Virus record (IMG/VR): IMGVR_UViG_3300045996_002640
Location: 29,802-93,801 of that record
Direction: 5' to 3' (one strand)
Length of the DNA stretch: 64,000 nucleotides
Origin: a virus
The notes beneath the pieces are model-generated. The model was not told the origin of the DNA, did no database searches, and worked only from the letters and a program-made list of their open reading frames with translations. Position numbers and translations under genes: made by a program. Below are positions 27,216 to 36,520 of the stretch, in pieces. Each line of letters opens with the position of its first letter. The stretch's first letter is position 1.

Positions 27216-27674
27216 CTACTCGGTTGGGTTCATCTTCTCGAGCTCGGCGCCGAGCCGGTCGATCTGGTCCGGGTCGGGAACCAGCTTCTTGGCGCGCGCC
27301 GCGAGGATTGCGTTCGACACCAGCATGTTCGCCATCCGGAGCCGCTTGCCGGCGAGCTGCTCGGGCTGAGGCTTGAGCGTGATCACCGCGATGAGCGGGC
27401 CGAGCCCGAAGCCGATGTGGACCATGGTCGGGTCGTTCTTGTCGATATCGACGACGATGTTCTCGCGCACCGACGGGAGCGTCTCGTGCACCGCAAGGAA
27501 CGTCGGCACCCCGGTCTCAATGATCGTACCCTCGATCGCCGCCATCCGCGGCACGTACTCGTCCGCGCCAAACTCGAAGTCGGCAAGCGCGATCGTATTG
27601 CCGAGCGCGCCAGCAGCCTTGTACTCCGCCGGCGTGGGGACCGGACCGCTCTTCACCAGAACCAGGTACTTCAT
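27216..27674 (-). CDS. Hypothetical protein with C-terminal tag
   Basis: MKYLVL start; ends IDRLGAELEKMNPTE. Confidence 0.75.
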   Translation of the reverse strand: MKYLVLVKSGPVPTPAEYKAAGALGNTIALADFEFGADEYVPRMAAIEGTIIETGVPTFLAVHETLPSVRENIVVDIDKNDPTMVHIGFGLGPLIAVITLKPQPEQLAGKRLRMANMLVSNAILAARAKKLVPDPDQIDRLGAELEKMNPTE

Positions 27675-28021
27675 TTCGTCGTCTCCTCGAGGGCCGCGAA
27701 CGCGGCGTTCAATCCAGTCATCGCTTCCAGCACTGGGTCGTCCGACTCGCGATAGACCGAGATCTTGATCAGGTGGGACACCAAGACCGGCATCTTGCCG
27801 CGCACGTCCGAGACCAGCGCATGGCAAAGGACCGTGTCCGCGTCATCGGTCACGATGATCTGGAGCTCAGCGAATGCGTCCGGTGCCTGCAGCGCGCGCG
27901 CCGCGACGACCTTGAGCCCGAGCAGCTGAGCGCTCAGCCCAGCCTGCGTGCAGACCGCCTGGCACGCAGCTCGCGCGGCGATGACGTCGGTTGGCGAAAC
28001 GGACACGTCGTTCAATCCCAT
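27671..28021 (-). CDS. Hypothetical protein
   Basis: 116 aa, coupled; C-terminus only weakly tag-like. Confidence 0.6.
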   Translation of the reverse strand: MGLNDVSVSPTDVIAARAACQAVCTQAGLSAQLLGLKVVAARALQAPDAFAELQIIVTDDADTVLCHALVSDVRGKMPVLVSHLIKISVYRESDDPVLEAMTGLNAAFAALEETTK

Positions 28022-28734
28022 GGGCGGTCCATCTTCTCGAGTTGGGCGCCCAACTCGTCCAACAAATGAGGGTCGAGGCGCACTCGCTTACTCGGTACCG
28101 GCTTGCTCACCATGCCCTGCAGCGCGCGCGCGACCAGCGCGAACGGGACCTCAACGTTCCCCTCGCCATCGTCGGCCAGGCTGTCTTCGAGGGGCACCGT
28201 ACGCGTCGTGCTGCCGAAGCCGCCAGGCGCGCCGCTCTGAATCATCAGGTGCGTCGGGGCAATCGCCGAGATGATGCGCCCTCGCCAGACCGGAAAGTCC
28301 CGGTCGGGACCGGCGCAATAGAAGTTGAACGGCACCGTGATCGGGCGAGGCTTCTCCGTCATGACGCCAGGCGCGGCGAGCTCGACCGTAGTCTTTTCGA
28401 TCGCGACGCCATTGATGGCGCCGGCCGCACGCACGGCCCCGAGCTTTGCAAGCACCCAGTGCAGGTAGACCCGGTGCGTTCCGAAATTCTCGACGTGCGC
28501 ACCCGGGTCAAGAGGCGTCGAAAAGAGCACGTCCTTGGCGAGCACCGCGGGCTCGTTCTGTCTCGTCAGGCTGAGCTTACCGAACGTCGCCGAGACTGGT
28601 ATTCCCTGTCGCTCTCCGGCGCCGATGTAGTTGCCGGTGCTATCCAGCACCGTGAGCGAGATCGTGCGATTCGCGGAGTCGGTCAAGAAGACGCCGAGCC
28701 CGTCCAGCTCGACCAGGTTCTTAGTCCTGGTCAA
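28012..28734 (-). CDS. Hypothetical protein with C-terminal tag
   Basis: Ends LLDELGAQLEKMDRPWD. Confidence 0.75.
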   Translation of the reverse strand: MTRTKNLVELDGLGVFLTDSANRTISLTVLDSTGNYIGAGERQGIPVSATFGKLSLTRQNEPAVLAKDVLFSTPLDPGAHVENFGTHRVYLHWVLAKLGAVRAAGAINGVAIEKTTVELAAPGVMTEKPRPITVPFNFYCAGPDRDFPVWRGRIISAIAPTHLMIQSGAPGGFGSTTRTVPLEDSLADDGEGNVEVPFALVARALQGMVSKPVPSKRVRLDPHLLDELGAQLEKMDRPWD

Positions 28735-29222
28735 AGCAAGACCCCGGTGTCCTTGATCGGGCCGACGACCGTGCCCTCGGCGCGCAAGCGGTAAGCTTGG
28801 CCGAGCTGGTAGTACTCGCGCGGGAAGCCCTCACGCGGCTCGCCATCAAAGCCCTTCTCGAACGCGTTGGTCTGGTCGATCCAGTCGACGATCGAACCGC
28901 CGAGGAGCCGAGTGAACGCGCGCGCCGATTCGTCCGACATCGGGTAGGCGTCGAAAAACATCTTCAGCACCGCCACGTTCGACCGGATCGCCGCCATCCG
29001 GTTCGCCGCCGTCCAGCCCGCGCGCCTGGCCTTCGCCTCGGTGCTGGCCAGGTTCGCCATAAGCGTGACCGCTCCCATCGGGCAGCAGCGGCCGTAGGTG
29101 ACCGGCGCGTCCCGCCCGAGATGGGCGCCCATCGCGCCGGCGAGCAAGCAAGCGTCCGCGACCTTGGCGGCGAACCGCCGGAACTTCTCATCGTTGGGCC
29201 AGGCCCGAGCTCGTCGTCCCAT
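28731..29222 (-). CDS. Hypothetical protein
   Basis: 163 aa; CCPMGA and F.KGFDG motifs; start 6 nt after GGCATTCT. Confidence 0.65.
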   Translation of the reverse strand: MGRRARAWPNDEKFRRFAAKVADACLLAGAMGAHLGRDAPVTYGRCCPMGAVTLMANLASTEAKARRAGWTAANRMAAIRSNVAVLKMFFDAYPMSDESARAFTRLLGGSIVDWIDQTNAFEKGFDGEPREGFPREYYQLGQAYRLRAEGTVVGPIKDTGVLL

Positions 29223-29242
29223 GGCTCGAGAATGCCCCGAAC

Positions 29243-29279
29243 GAAAGAAAGCCCCCGAGGACCATCAACCTCGGGGGCC
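29243..29279 (-). terminator. Intrinsic terminator downstream of the lipoprotein gene
   Basis: GCCCCCGAGG-TTGATGGT-CCTCGGGGGC followed by TTTCTTTC. Confidence 0.8.
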
Positions 29280-29339
29280 TTCCGCGCCTGGCCCGCAAAC
29301 TGTCTCCTGGTTCCTAACACGAACCAGGCGCTGCGGACA

Positions 29340-29798
29340 TCACTCGATCGTCTCGGCCGCGAGCCAGTCGCCCGAGCTCGCGCCGAACGCGACCACCGTC
29401 ACCATCTGGCCGGTGCGGTTCTCGTACTCGAGATCGGGCGAGACCATGTCCGAGCTCCCGTCGAGCACCCGGAACGCGAGCTGCTCGCCGCTGGTGAAGA
29501 ACCGCGCGCGGCGATTCGGCGGGACGACGAACTTGAAGAACGTCCCGTCTGCGTCGCAAGGCTCAGCGACCGTGACCGCCGTGCTCCAGTTCTGGCCGAC
29601 CACAATCTCGGCCTCGCAGGAGAAGCAGCTGTCGGGAACGTACTCGGGAGCGTCCGAGCATGCACCCGAGCAATCGATCTGAGCGAAGCCGTCCGGGGTC
29701 GCGCAGGCGAGCGGCTCGCCAATCGACCCAGCGAGCTCGCCCGCGACCGAGCACCCAACCAATCCAAGAACCATCGAAACCAGGAGGAGCGTTTTCAT
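29340..29798 (-). CDS. Cys-rich lipoprotein
   Basis: MKTLLLVSMVLGLVG-C lipobox. Confidence 0.7.
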   Translation of the reverse strand: MKTLLLVSMVLGLVGCSVAGELAGSIGEPLACATPDGFAQIDCSGACSDAPEYVPDSCFSCEAEIVVGQNWSTAVTVAEPCDADGTFFKFVVPPNRRARFFTSGEQLAFRVLDGSSDMVSPDLEYENRTGQMVTVVAFGASSGDWLAAETIE

Positions 29799-29805
29799 GT
29801 GGTCC

Positions 29806-29851
29806 AGGATGCCCATCTTAGTGCCAAGTGCAACACCTTTTTGGCACTAAG
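29806..29851 (-). promoter_or_regulatory. Promoter with inverted-repeat operator for the lipoprotein gene
   Basis: CTTAGTGCCAA-N13-TTGGCACTAAG inverted repeat; TTGCAC -35-like and CATCCT -10-like elements. Confidence 0.6.
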
Positions 29852-30644
29852 CGCCGCCCGGCCCGGCAAGCTCGAGAGAAACGGCATGCGAGGCACAGGC
29901 CCAGATGTAGGCACCGCGCGAGCCGCGCCCGGGGAGCCGAGCTCGGGCGACCCCTGGGCACTTCGGCTTCGTGCAGTAAAAAATCTCGATCCTGCCCTTA
30001 CTGCCGCCGTAGCCGCCGCGCCCGCGCGTCCGGCGGTACCCGATGACCAGGCACTTCGCGCATTGGAAGACGCGGCCCTTGGGCTCGGCGGGGAGCGGGT
30101 AATCGCGCCAGGCGTGGTCGCAATGAGTGTGGTCGGGCTGGGCTGATTCCTCGAGCGCCTCGAGCGCCGGCGAGCCTTTCGATTCTGAAACCTCGGGGCC
30201 GACCTCGGGCGCGTCCTCGAGCGCAACGTGGGCGACCGCCTGAGGCTCGGCTTCACGTTCTTCGGGGGAGACCCCGGAAACCCCGGAGTTGCCCTCGAGC
30301 GGTCCTCGAGCGAGGTCGGCCGACCTTTCTGGGTAATCCACAGCGGACCCCCCGGTATCCAGGCCAGGGCCCTCGAGCGCCCTCGAGCGGTCCTCGTTTG
30401 GGTTGGCCGACCGCAAACGTACGCCCGACGTCGGTTCGCTCCTGAGCTCGTAGTGCACCGGCTCGCGCGGGGTCGCCCGGATGTCCTCGCTCGGGTTCAC
30501 GTTGATGACCGCGCCTTGGATGACCTGGACCTCGGTGGTGCCGTCCTTGCGCCGGCGGACGACCCTGAGCGGGGGGATCAACCCGAGCCCCCGGAGCAAC
30601 GTCGTCTGCTCGCCCTCGTTCAACCGACCAAACGGGATACGCAT
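29847..30644 (-). CDS. Hypothetical protein with C-terminal Cys/His zinc-binding domain
   Basis: CDH..CAKC..CTKPKC..CASH; starts right after the TerL stop. Confidence 0.6.
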   Translation of the reverse strand: MRIPFGRLNEGEQTTLLRGLGLIPPLRVVRRRKDGTTEVQVIQGAVINVNPSEDIRATPREPVHYELRSEPTSGVRLRSANPNEDRSRALEGPGLDTGGSAVDYPERSADLARGPLEGNSGVSGVSPEEREAEPQAVAHVALEDAPEVGPEVSESKGSPALEALEESAQPDHTHCDHAWRDYPLPAEPKGRVFQCAKCLVIGYRRTRGRGGYGGSKGRIEIFYCTKPKCPGVARARLPGRGSRGAYIWACASHAVSLELAGPGGA

Positions 30645-30645
30645 C

Positions 30646-32268
30646 TTAGAACCCTCCGCCTTGTGACTTGGTCGGGCTGCCTGCATGGGCGCCCGAAGTT
30701 TGCTCTGCTGGGTTGGCGAGCCCTTGCCTCGCGAGCCAGAGCGACGCGAGATGGTCGCCCATGTGGGTGCGCGAGCTGTAGCCCATGCACTCGTCGCCCA
30801 GCTGCTTCATCACCTGAGCGGGCTCGCCCTCGCTCGGGCACGGCCACTCCCAGAGCCCCTGCATGAGCTCGAAGAACACGCGCTCCACGCCGTTCTGGTG
30901 ATCGCTCTTGGAGCCGTGGGTCGTGTAGAAATAGACGACCGGAATCCGCTTGTCGCTCGCCTTGAGGTGGTCGGCCACGAAGCGCTGCGCGGCGTTCGAC
31001 TCGACGAAGACCTTGGAGTCGTAGCGCAAGGCCTCCTCCTTGATTCGGCGCACGAGCTCGGGCCCGTTCCAGCGTCCGCTCTGGAGGTTCACGATCCGGC
31101 GCTGCTGGTTCTCCTGGACCTCGACCGTGCAGATTGAGCTGAGGTCGCTCTTATCGCCGCCGAGCCCGCCAACGTCCACGCCCGTGTAGTGGCGCAGGCC
31201 GTTCGGCTCGAGCTTGCGTCCGAGCTCGAGCCCGCGTCCCTGCTCGTAAGCCTCCAAGATCCAAGCGCGCTCGCAGCGCGAGGCCTCGTCCGCGAACGGG
31301 TCGCAGAGGTACATGCGGGCCCAGACCGCCGGGAGGAACTCGTTCTTCAGCGCCTCGATCGCCGCCTTGCTCCCGTACCTCGAGTGGCCGGGCCAGAGGA
31401 CGGACAGGACTTTCTTCGTAGGGGCCGCCGGCGAGCGCAGGCGCCAGAGCTCGGGGTGCTTCGGCACCTGAACGATCAGGTCCCCGTACGCCTCCTTGAT
31501 CTGGTCGACGCTCAGGCCCTCGACGACGATCTGGCCGTTCACGTCCATGGTGAGCGTCGGCCAGACTCGGGCGTAGCGATAGGTCAGGTCGTCCGGGTTC
31601 CAGGGCGTGTTGGTGATCGCGATCCGCTGCGGCCCTTGGTCAACGCGCGTGACGAAGTCGTTCTGGAACTTCCGCGCGAGCTCGTCGCGCTGCTCGAGCG
31701 TGGTGGTGTTCTCCTCGTTCAGAACATCGTCCGCGTAGAGGTGCGTGAGCCGGGCGCCCAAGACGCGCGTGCCGAGACCGAACGCCCTGAGGCTCGGGTC
31801 CTTGGCGACGCGCCTGCGCTCGACCTCGAGCACCGTGTCAGACCACTTCGCGTTCGGGTCGGGATGCTTCCGGAGCTTCGGGAAGACGAGCCGCAGTGAA
31901 AGGCCCTCCTCGACGTAGCTCTTGAAGATCTTCACCGGCATCGAGGCCTGCGCCTCGCTCGCGCTCACGATACCGACACGGGCTTGTGGGTCCCGACCGA
32001 GCTGGTGCGTGAGGTGCGACGAAAGCAGGAACGTCTTCGAGGCGCCCGTCGGCATCCTGATCACGCTCCGGCGATTGTCGTCCATGAACCTGAGGACCAG
32101 GTGCTGGTGCGGGACGAGCCGAACGGGATCGCCGCTCTCGGTGTTCATGGCGAACTCGGCCATGACCGCAGGGTCTTCTCGGGCCTCGCCCGCGTAGGTG
32201 GCGACGGCCGTTAGCAACTTCGCTTGCTCCTCAGGCGTCAACGCCAGGAGCGGGTTGGGAGCGCTCAC
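30646..32268 (-). CDS. terL: Terminase large subunit
   Basis: LVPHQ Q-motif, IRMPTGASKT Walker A, HLYADD Walker B, TNTPW coupling motif, YTGVDVG and GDHLASLW nuclease aspartates; GTG start 32268. Confidence 0.9.
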   Translation of the reverse strand: MSAPNPLLALTPEEQAKLLTAVATYAGEAREDPAVMAEFAMNTESGDPVRLVPHQHLVLRFMDDNRRSVIRMPTGASKTFLLSSHLTHQLGRDPQARVGIVSASEAQASMPVKIFKSYVEEGLSLRLVFPKLRKHPDPNAKWSDTVLEVERRRVAKDPSLRAFGLGTRVLGARLTHLYADDVLNEENTTTLEQRDELARKFQNDFVTRVDQGPQRIAITNTPWNPDDLTYRYARVWPTLTMDVNGQIVVEGLSVDQIKEAYGDLIVQVPKHPELWRLRSPAAPTKKVLSVLWPGHSRYGSKAAIEALKNEFLPAVWARMYLCDPFADEASRCERAWILEAYEQGRGLELGRKLEPNGLRHYTGVDVGGLGGDKSDLSSICTVEVQENQQRRIVNLQSGRWNGPELVRRIKEEALRYDSKVFVESNAAQRFVADHLKASDKRIPVVYFYTTHGSKSDHQNGVERVFFELMQGLWEWPCPSEGEPAQVMKQLGDECMGYSSRTHMGDHLASLWLARQGLANPAEQTSGAHAGSPTKSQGGGF

Positions 32269-32827
32269 TCTCGGAATAGAAGCAGAGCGGGTGTCAGCGC
32301 ACAAGCCCGGCGAGTGAATTCCAGAATTGACCGGAACGCCGCGCGAGGCGACGCGAGCTCGAGCTCACTTCCGAAATGGGCGCCCGTCGCACCGATGCTG
32401 CGCGCGCTCCGAGCTCACTTCCGGAATGCTCCGCTTACTTCGCGGGAGTCTCGGAAGCATTCGATCACTTCCGAAAGTCGCTCCGAAGTATCGGCAGTGG
32501 CGAGCAGGTTCCGGCGACTTTCGGAATTGGCGAACGGCGCTCGTGACCTCACGCAAAAACGGAGGCACTTCCGGAATGCCCTCCAGTTTTTCGCAGCGGT
32601 ACCGTGCTCGCCATCGGCTTTCAGAATTCGGGCCCGAGGCGCGCGGGTCGGGCCCGAGCCCGGCTCACTTCCGAAAGCTCCGCTTACTTCGAGCCACTCC
32701 GAGCGCAGGTTCAGCGACTTTCGGAATCGGTCGGTTTGCTGCGCGGAGTGCCGAGCAGGTTCCGCGACTTTCGGAATTGGCGAGTACTCGTCGCCGCGCC
32801 TGGTGATGGCGAGGGCAATTCCGAAAT
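32266..32827. repeat. Non-coding array A: 12 copies of a CACTTCCGGAAT-like motif at exact 50-bp spacing
   Basis: Cores start at 32266, 32316, 32366, 32416, 32466, 32516, 32566, 32616, 32666, 32716, 32766, 32816. Confidence 0.9.
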
Positions 32828-32923
32828 GAGGTCGGCCCCCGGCGAGCGGCGCTAATAGGGCGGGCTCATTCGGGGGCCGGTGCTGGGCAAAAGTCGAGTT
32901 GCCCACTGCGATGTGTCTTTCCG

Positions 32924-33187
32924 TTATTCGAGCTTCGGCTTCGTCAGGTGTAGCCAGACCTCGACCTGATTCAGAAGTCGGTCGAGTCTTGCGTGCTCGG
33001 CTTCGAGGAACGAGCGCATTCTATCTTTCGAGACTGGTGAGCATGCGATGAGCAACCCGCCTGTTGGCGTTACGGAAACCTGGGTGGTTCCGATGCGGGC
33101 GTGCTGGTTCATGCCGGTCTCTTTTGCTCGGTCTCGGAGGTCGAGGGCGGCGAGGATCTGGACGTCCTCTTCCGAGAAGTTGGGCAT
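32924..33187 (-). CDS. Hypothetical protein
   Basis: 87 aa, fits the operon packing. Confidence 0.6.
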   Translation of the reverse strand: MPNFSEEDVQILAALDLRDRAKETGMNQHARIGTTQVSVTPTGGLLIACSPVSKDRMRSFLEAEHARLDRLLNQVEVWLHLTKPKLE

Positions 33188-33190
33188 CTT

Positions 33191-33610
33191 TCAGCGCCTC
33201 CGCTTCGGGCGCTTCGCGCGTTTCGTTTTCACCTTGGTTTTCTTCCGCGCCGGCCCGAGCACTTTGGCTTTTCGTTTTGCGGCCAGCGTTTTGCGGCGCG
33301 AGACCGGGACGAGGGGGTTGACGAGAATCGGCTCCTGGGCGAGCTGCCAGAGCCGGTCGATCTTCGCATTCAGAGAAGCGGCCGCTTCTCGCGCCATCTG
33401 ACGCGCTCGCTCCTTGGCTTCCGAAAGTAGCTCGTGAGCATCGCGGCCCATCAAGTGAGAGCCGGTCACTTTCCGAATGCCCTCGCCGATCACGCGCCGA
33501 GGCTGGACGTACGCGCGATTCGGAAAGACGCCCTGCTCGAACTCGACCATGATGATCCCGCGGGTCAATGCGTACTTGGTCGAGTAGCCGATGAAGAAGT
33601 GCGTGCTCAT
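33191..33610 (-). CDS. Hypothetical protein with basic tail
   Basis: STKYALTRGI motif; K/R-rich C-terminus. Confidence 0.65.
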   Translation of the reverse strand: MSTHFFIGYSTKYALTRGIIMVEFEQGVFPNRAYVQPRRVIGEGIRKVTGSHLMGRDAHELLSEAKERARQMAREAAASLNAKIDRLWQLAQEPILVNPLVPVSRRKTLAAKRKAKVLGPARKKTKVKTKRAKRPKRRR

Positions 33611-34065
33611 GGCTCGGCTTTCGGAAGCTCGGGCGCCGGCGCGAGGCGCTGAGCCTCGAGGATCGGGAGGTTCGCTTCCGTCGGCACGTAGATCGTGTCG
33701 TTCTTGCCGCTCTCGAGCGTCTGAATCCAGAGGTACCGGAGGTAGGCGTCGTTGCCCTTGAGGCTCTCGCCGATGATCTGGTTCGCCTGAGCGACGCCGC
33801 GAGCCCGCACGACCTCGGCCTCGGCGAGCTTGGACGCGCTGTCGAGCTTCGCCTGAGCCTCGAGCACCGAAACCCGGCGAGTACTCTCGGCCTCGGCGAG
33901 CGCCGCTTCACCCGAGGAGCGGGCTGCGTAGATCCGGTAGTGCTGGCAGCCGGTGAAGGCGCCGACGACCAGCAGGCAAAAGATGACGAGCGCGCCGAGC
34001 AGCGTGAGGCCTGAGGGGCCGTCGCCGTTCGATTGGTTGGAGTCGGGTCGGGGGATGGTTTTCAT
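33607..34065 (-). CDS. Membrane protein, SPFH/stomatin C-terminal coiled-coil-like
   Basis: TM segment then GEAALAEAE..AEAEVVRARGVAQANQIIGESLKGN..YLRYLWIQ..IYVPTEANLPILEA. Confidence 0.75.
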   Translation of the reverse strand: MKTIPRPDSNQSNGDGPSGLTLLGALVIFCLLVVGAFTGCQHYRIYAARSSGEAALAEAESTRRVSVLEAQAKLDSASKLAEAEVVRARGVAQANQIIGESLKGNDAYLRYLWIQTLESGKNDTIYVPTEANLPILEAQRLAPAPELPKAEP

Positions 34066-34355
34066 TTCGCGGGGTTCCTTTCACCGAACGCGCTGCGCAG
34101 CGCTCGGTACAAGAGATCGACAGCGTAGAGGCGCAGCCTCGGGAATTCTTTCACCTCACCTCGGCGAACGACGTTCTTCACTTCGACGGCTGCAATCTGG
34201 CGGTCGGTCGCCTTGAAGCCGCCCTTGCACGAAAACAGGTACTCGTACTCGCCCGTCGAACCATCGCCGCCCGTGTTGTGAATGATGCCCTCGTGGAGCA
34301 CGCGAGCGCGCGCCTTGTTGCCCTGAGGCCAAAGCTCGAGCCTGATGTAGATCAC
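34062..34355 (-). CDS. Conserved phage hypothetical protein
   Basis: IRLELWP.G..I.N.GG....G.Y..F.R......DL..RAL pattern. Confidence 0.65.
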   Translation of the reverse strand: MIYIRLELWPQGNKARARVLHEGIIHNTGGDGSTGEYEYLFSCKGGFKATDRQIAAVEVKNVVRRGEVKEFPRLRLYAVDLLYRALRSAFGERNPAK

Positions 34356-35068
34356 TCGTCGTTCTCCTTGAGCCAGCGTTCAGCTGCCTCGATTGCAGGT
34401 AGGTACGAGACGCCCGAGCGGGCGCCGACGACCAGGTTCCGGATCACGTCGCGCGCGTCCCTGGCGGTCGCCTCGGCCTTGTGAAGTAGGTCGAGCGCCT
34501 CAGGGTGCAGCTTGGTCCTGAGGACCTCGTCGTACGCCGCGCGCGGGACGTACTCGGTCGGGGGGTTCGGCATTTCCTCGCCCTGGAACGGGAAGCACGT
34601 CGCTCCCATGAACTCGCCCGTGACCGGCTCGCGCTGCACCCACACGGCCTTCCAGCGCTTGCCCTCGAGGACGGCCGTCGCCTCGGGAATGGTCGGGCCG
34701 CCGAATCCCTTGGGCGCCCAAGGCAAGGGTGGCGGGGGAGGTAGCGGGGTCGGAACGAAGCCCCCCGAGCGCGGAGGGGGTGCGTTCGGCTCAGGTCGCT
34801 CCGTGTCGCCCTCGTCGCCCGCCTTGATGGCCCGGCCGATGTAGCGCCAGTCGCCCGCGTGGCAGGCGCACGGGCAAGGCGTGACCCGGCAATAGGGCGA
34901 GCCTCGGCGCCGGCACTCGTCGCAAGGGGTTGGACAGCTGGTGCACATCACGGTCCGGACGGCCTCGCCGTCCTTGCTGAGCGCCATCTCGTGCGTGTCC
35001 GAGCACGTGACGCAAACTGGGTCTTTCGGTAACTCGCTCACAATCCACCTCCGCCGAACATCAGCCAT
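34352..35068 (-). CDS. Cys-rich zinc-binding hypothetical protein
   Basis: CVTCSDTH..CTSCPTPCDEC..YC..TPCPCACH; start uncertain. Confidence 0.6.
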   Translation of the reverse strand: MADVRRRWIVSELPKDPVCVTCSDTHEMALSKDGEAVRTVMCTSCPTPCDECRRRGSPYCRVTPCPCACHAGDWRYIGRAIKAGDEGDTERPEPNAPPPRSGGFVPTPLPPPPPLPWAPKGFGGPTIPEATAVLEGKRWKAVWVQREPVTGEFMGATCFPFQGEEMPNPPTEYVPRAAYDEVLRTKLHPEALDLLHKAEATARDARDVIRNLVVGARSGVSYLPAIEAAERWLKENDE

Positions 35069-35375
35069 CCGCCTTTGCTGGGAGCTCGTAAGCCCTGACC
35101 CGCGTCGCGAGCTCGGCAAGGTCGCTCGCTCGCTGCATGAGCTGCTTCGACCACTCGACGTGTTGGACGCCCATCTCGAGCAAGACGTCAGCGACCACAC
35201 CTGGTGCGCGCTTGAGCGCTGCATCGCGCCGGCGCACGCCGAGGTTGTACCAGGACCACGAGTACTTGGTCCCGTCGAGCTTGATCTCCTGGACTCCAAC
35301 CTCGTAGGTGCCGTCACGAGACGGGCGGACGATCACATCAACGCCGCAGAACTCGGTTCGGATATCCCGGCTCAT
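35061..35375 (-). CDS. Hypothetical protein
   Basis: MSRDIR start, ATGA-coupled. Confidence 0.55.
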   Translation of the reverse strand: MSRDIRTEFCGVDVIVRPSRDGTYEVGVQEIKLDGTKYSWSWYNLGVRRRDAALKRAPGVVADVLLEMGVQHVEWSKQLMQRASDLAELATRVRAYELPAKADG

Positions 35376-36097
35376 CGAACTTCCAAGGTCTGCGCGATGG
35401 TAGTCAACCAGTCGAGCTCGCCGAGCGCCCGCTGCTCGGCCCGCTTCGCTTCCCTGAGCGCGATCACCTCGACCAGCTGCCCGAGCCGGTGCTTCAAGAT
35501 CCCGGTGCACAGGACCTCGACCTTGCTCGCCTGAAACGAGCTCTTGATCCGGAGGAGCTCCGGTACCGCCGGAGCGCCGAGACCGCCCGAACACTCGATC
35601 TCGAAGTCGACCGCACCCACCTTTGGCAAGCTCGGCGTCGCCAGGAACCGAGTGGTTGCGACCGAGCGGTGTTCGACCCACGTGATCTTCGATCGGAGGG
35701 TCCAGTCGGTGATCACGTCGACCACCCGGATCGTCAGCGTCTCACGCGCCTTGGCGAGCGCCGCCGGGTCGGGCGGGGGCTCGGGCTCCTTGGGCGCCGG
35801 CGGGACCGCGCGCGCCGCCTTGTTCAGACGGTCGATCGCCATCTTGGTCCCGGCGGAGAGCTGCTCGCTCTTGACCGTGACGCCCTTGCCGATCGGGCCA
35901 AACTTCACGTCCACACCGTTCGCGCTGCGCTCGAGATCTTCGAAGCTCAGCGAGGTGCTCGGCTTGAAGATGTATTCGCCGTTTGCGTTCTTGTCCCAGG
36001 TGAACGACTTGGTCGGGCTATCCTGGAGCAGGCGCTTGAGCTCGTCCTCCGTCGGGACGATCGGGTGCTTACCCGGCTTCGTGCCTTCCTTGCTCAA
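35372..36097 (-). CDS. Hypothetical protein
   Basis: 241 aa, coupled. Confidence 0.65.
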   Translation of the reverse strand: MSKEGTKPGKHPIVPTEDELKRLLQDSPTKSFTWDKNANGEYIFKPSTSLSFEDLERSANGVDVKFGPIGKGVTVKSEQLSAGTKMAIDRLNKAARAVPPAPKEPEPPPDPAALAKARETLTIRVVDVITDWTLRSKITWVEHRSVATTRFLATPSLPKVGAVDFEIECSGGLGAPAVPELLRIKSSFQASKVEVLCTGILKHRLGQLVEVIALREAKRAEQRALGELDWLTTIAQTLEVR

Positions 36098-36288
36098 GGG
36101 GCCTCCGTGGCCGTCTCGGAATCCCGAGCATCGTGGTCAATCAAGAGGAGCTCGAGAGCGACCGTCGCCGCCCGAGCTCGCGCGAGGAGCTCCTCCACGT
36201 TCTTGCGGACGGTGAAGCCGCTATCGAACAGAACGATCAGCGCAGCGGTGCCGATCTCGAGGGGTAGCGCTGCTAGTTTGGCAATCAC
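36094..36288 (-). CDS. Small hypothetical protein
   Basis: 64 aa, SD AAGGA. Confidence 0.45.
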   Translation of the reverse strand: MIAKLAALPLEIGTAALIVLFDSGFTVRKNVEELLARARAATVALELLLIDHDARDSETATEAP

Positions 36289-36520
36289 TCGGGCGTTCCT
36301 TTCGCACCTCGTCGCCGCCCAGCATGAGCGAGCCGACGAGGTACCCGAATGATGCCAGCATGAACAGGAGAACCACCGCGATGATCAGCCGCTGGATCGC
36401 CGACTGGACCTGGACATCGTGAGCGAGCTCCGCCCGCTGCTCGGCGTTCAGGCGCTCGCGCAAGTCGGGATCGCGCTCGAGCAGTTTCTGCACCCAGTCG
36501 TGGTCGAAATCGGTCTTCAT
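36221..36520 (-). CDS. Small membrane protein
   Basis: TM segment LIIAVVLLFMLASFGYLVGSLML. Confidence 0.55.
   Translation of the reverse strand: MKTDFDHDWVQKLLERDPDLRERLNAEQRAELAHDVQVQSAIQRLIIAVVLLFMLASFGYLVGSLMLGGDEVRKERPSDCQTSSATPRDRHRCADRSVR

Noticed and set aside
29817-29851. Sigma-54 promoter (TTGGCAC)
   Set aside because: No TTGC -12 element at the required spacing; better explained as an inverted-repeat operator.
32266-32827. CRISPR array interpretation of array A (and of array B)
   Set aside because: The repeats are only about 12 bp and degenerate, spacers show internal duplications, and no cas genes are present. The 49-50-bp unit also does not fit the 36-nt box C/D pattern of TIGR arrays.
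32224-32906. ORFs overlapping array A, and 40952-41831 overlapping array B
   Set aside because: A 49-50-bp period is not a multiple of 3, codon usage is atypical, and there are no protein motifs, so these are treated as non-coding.
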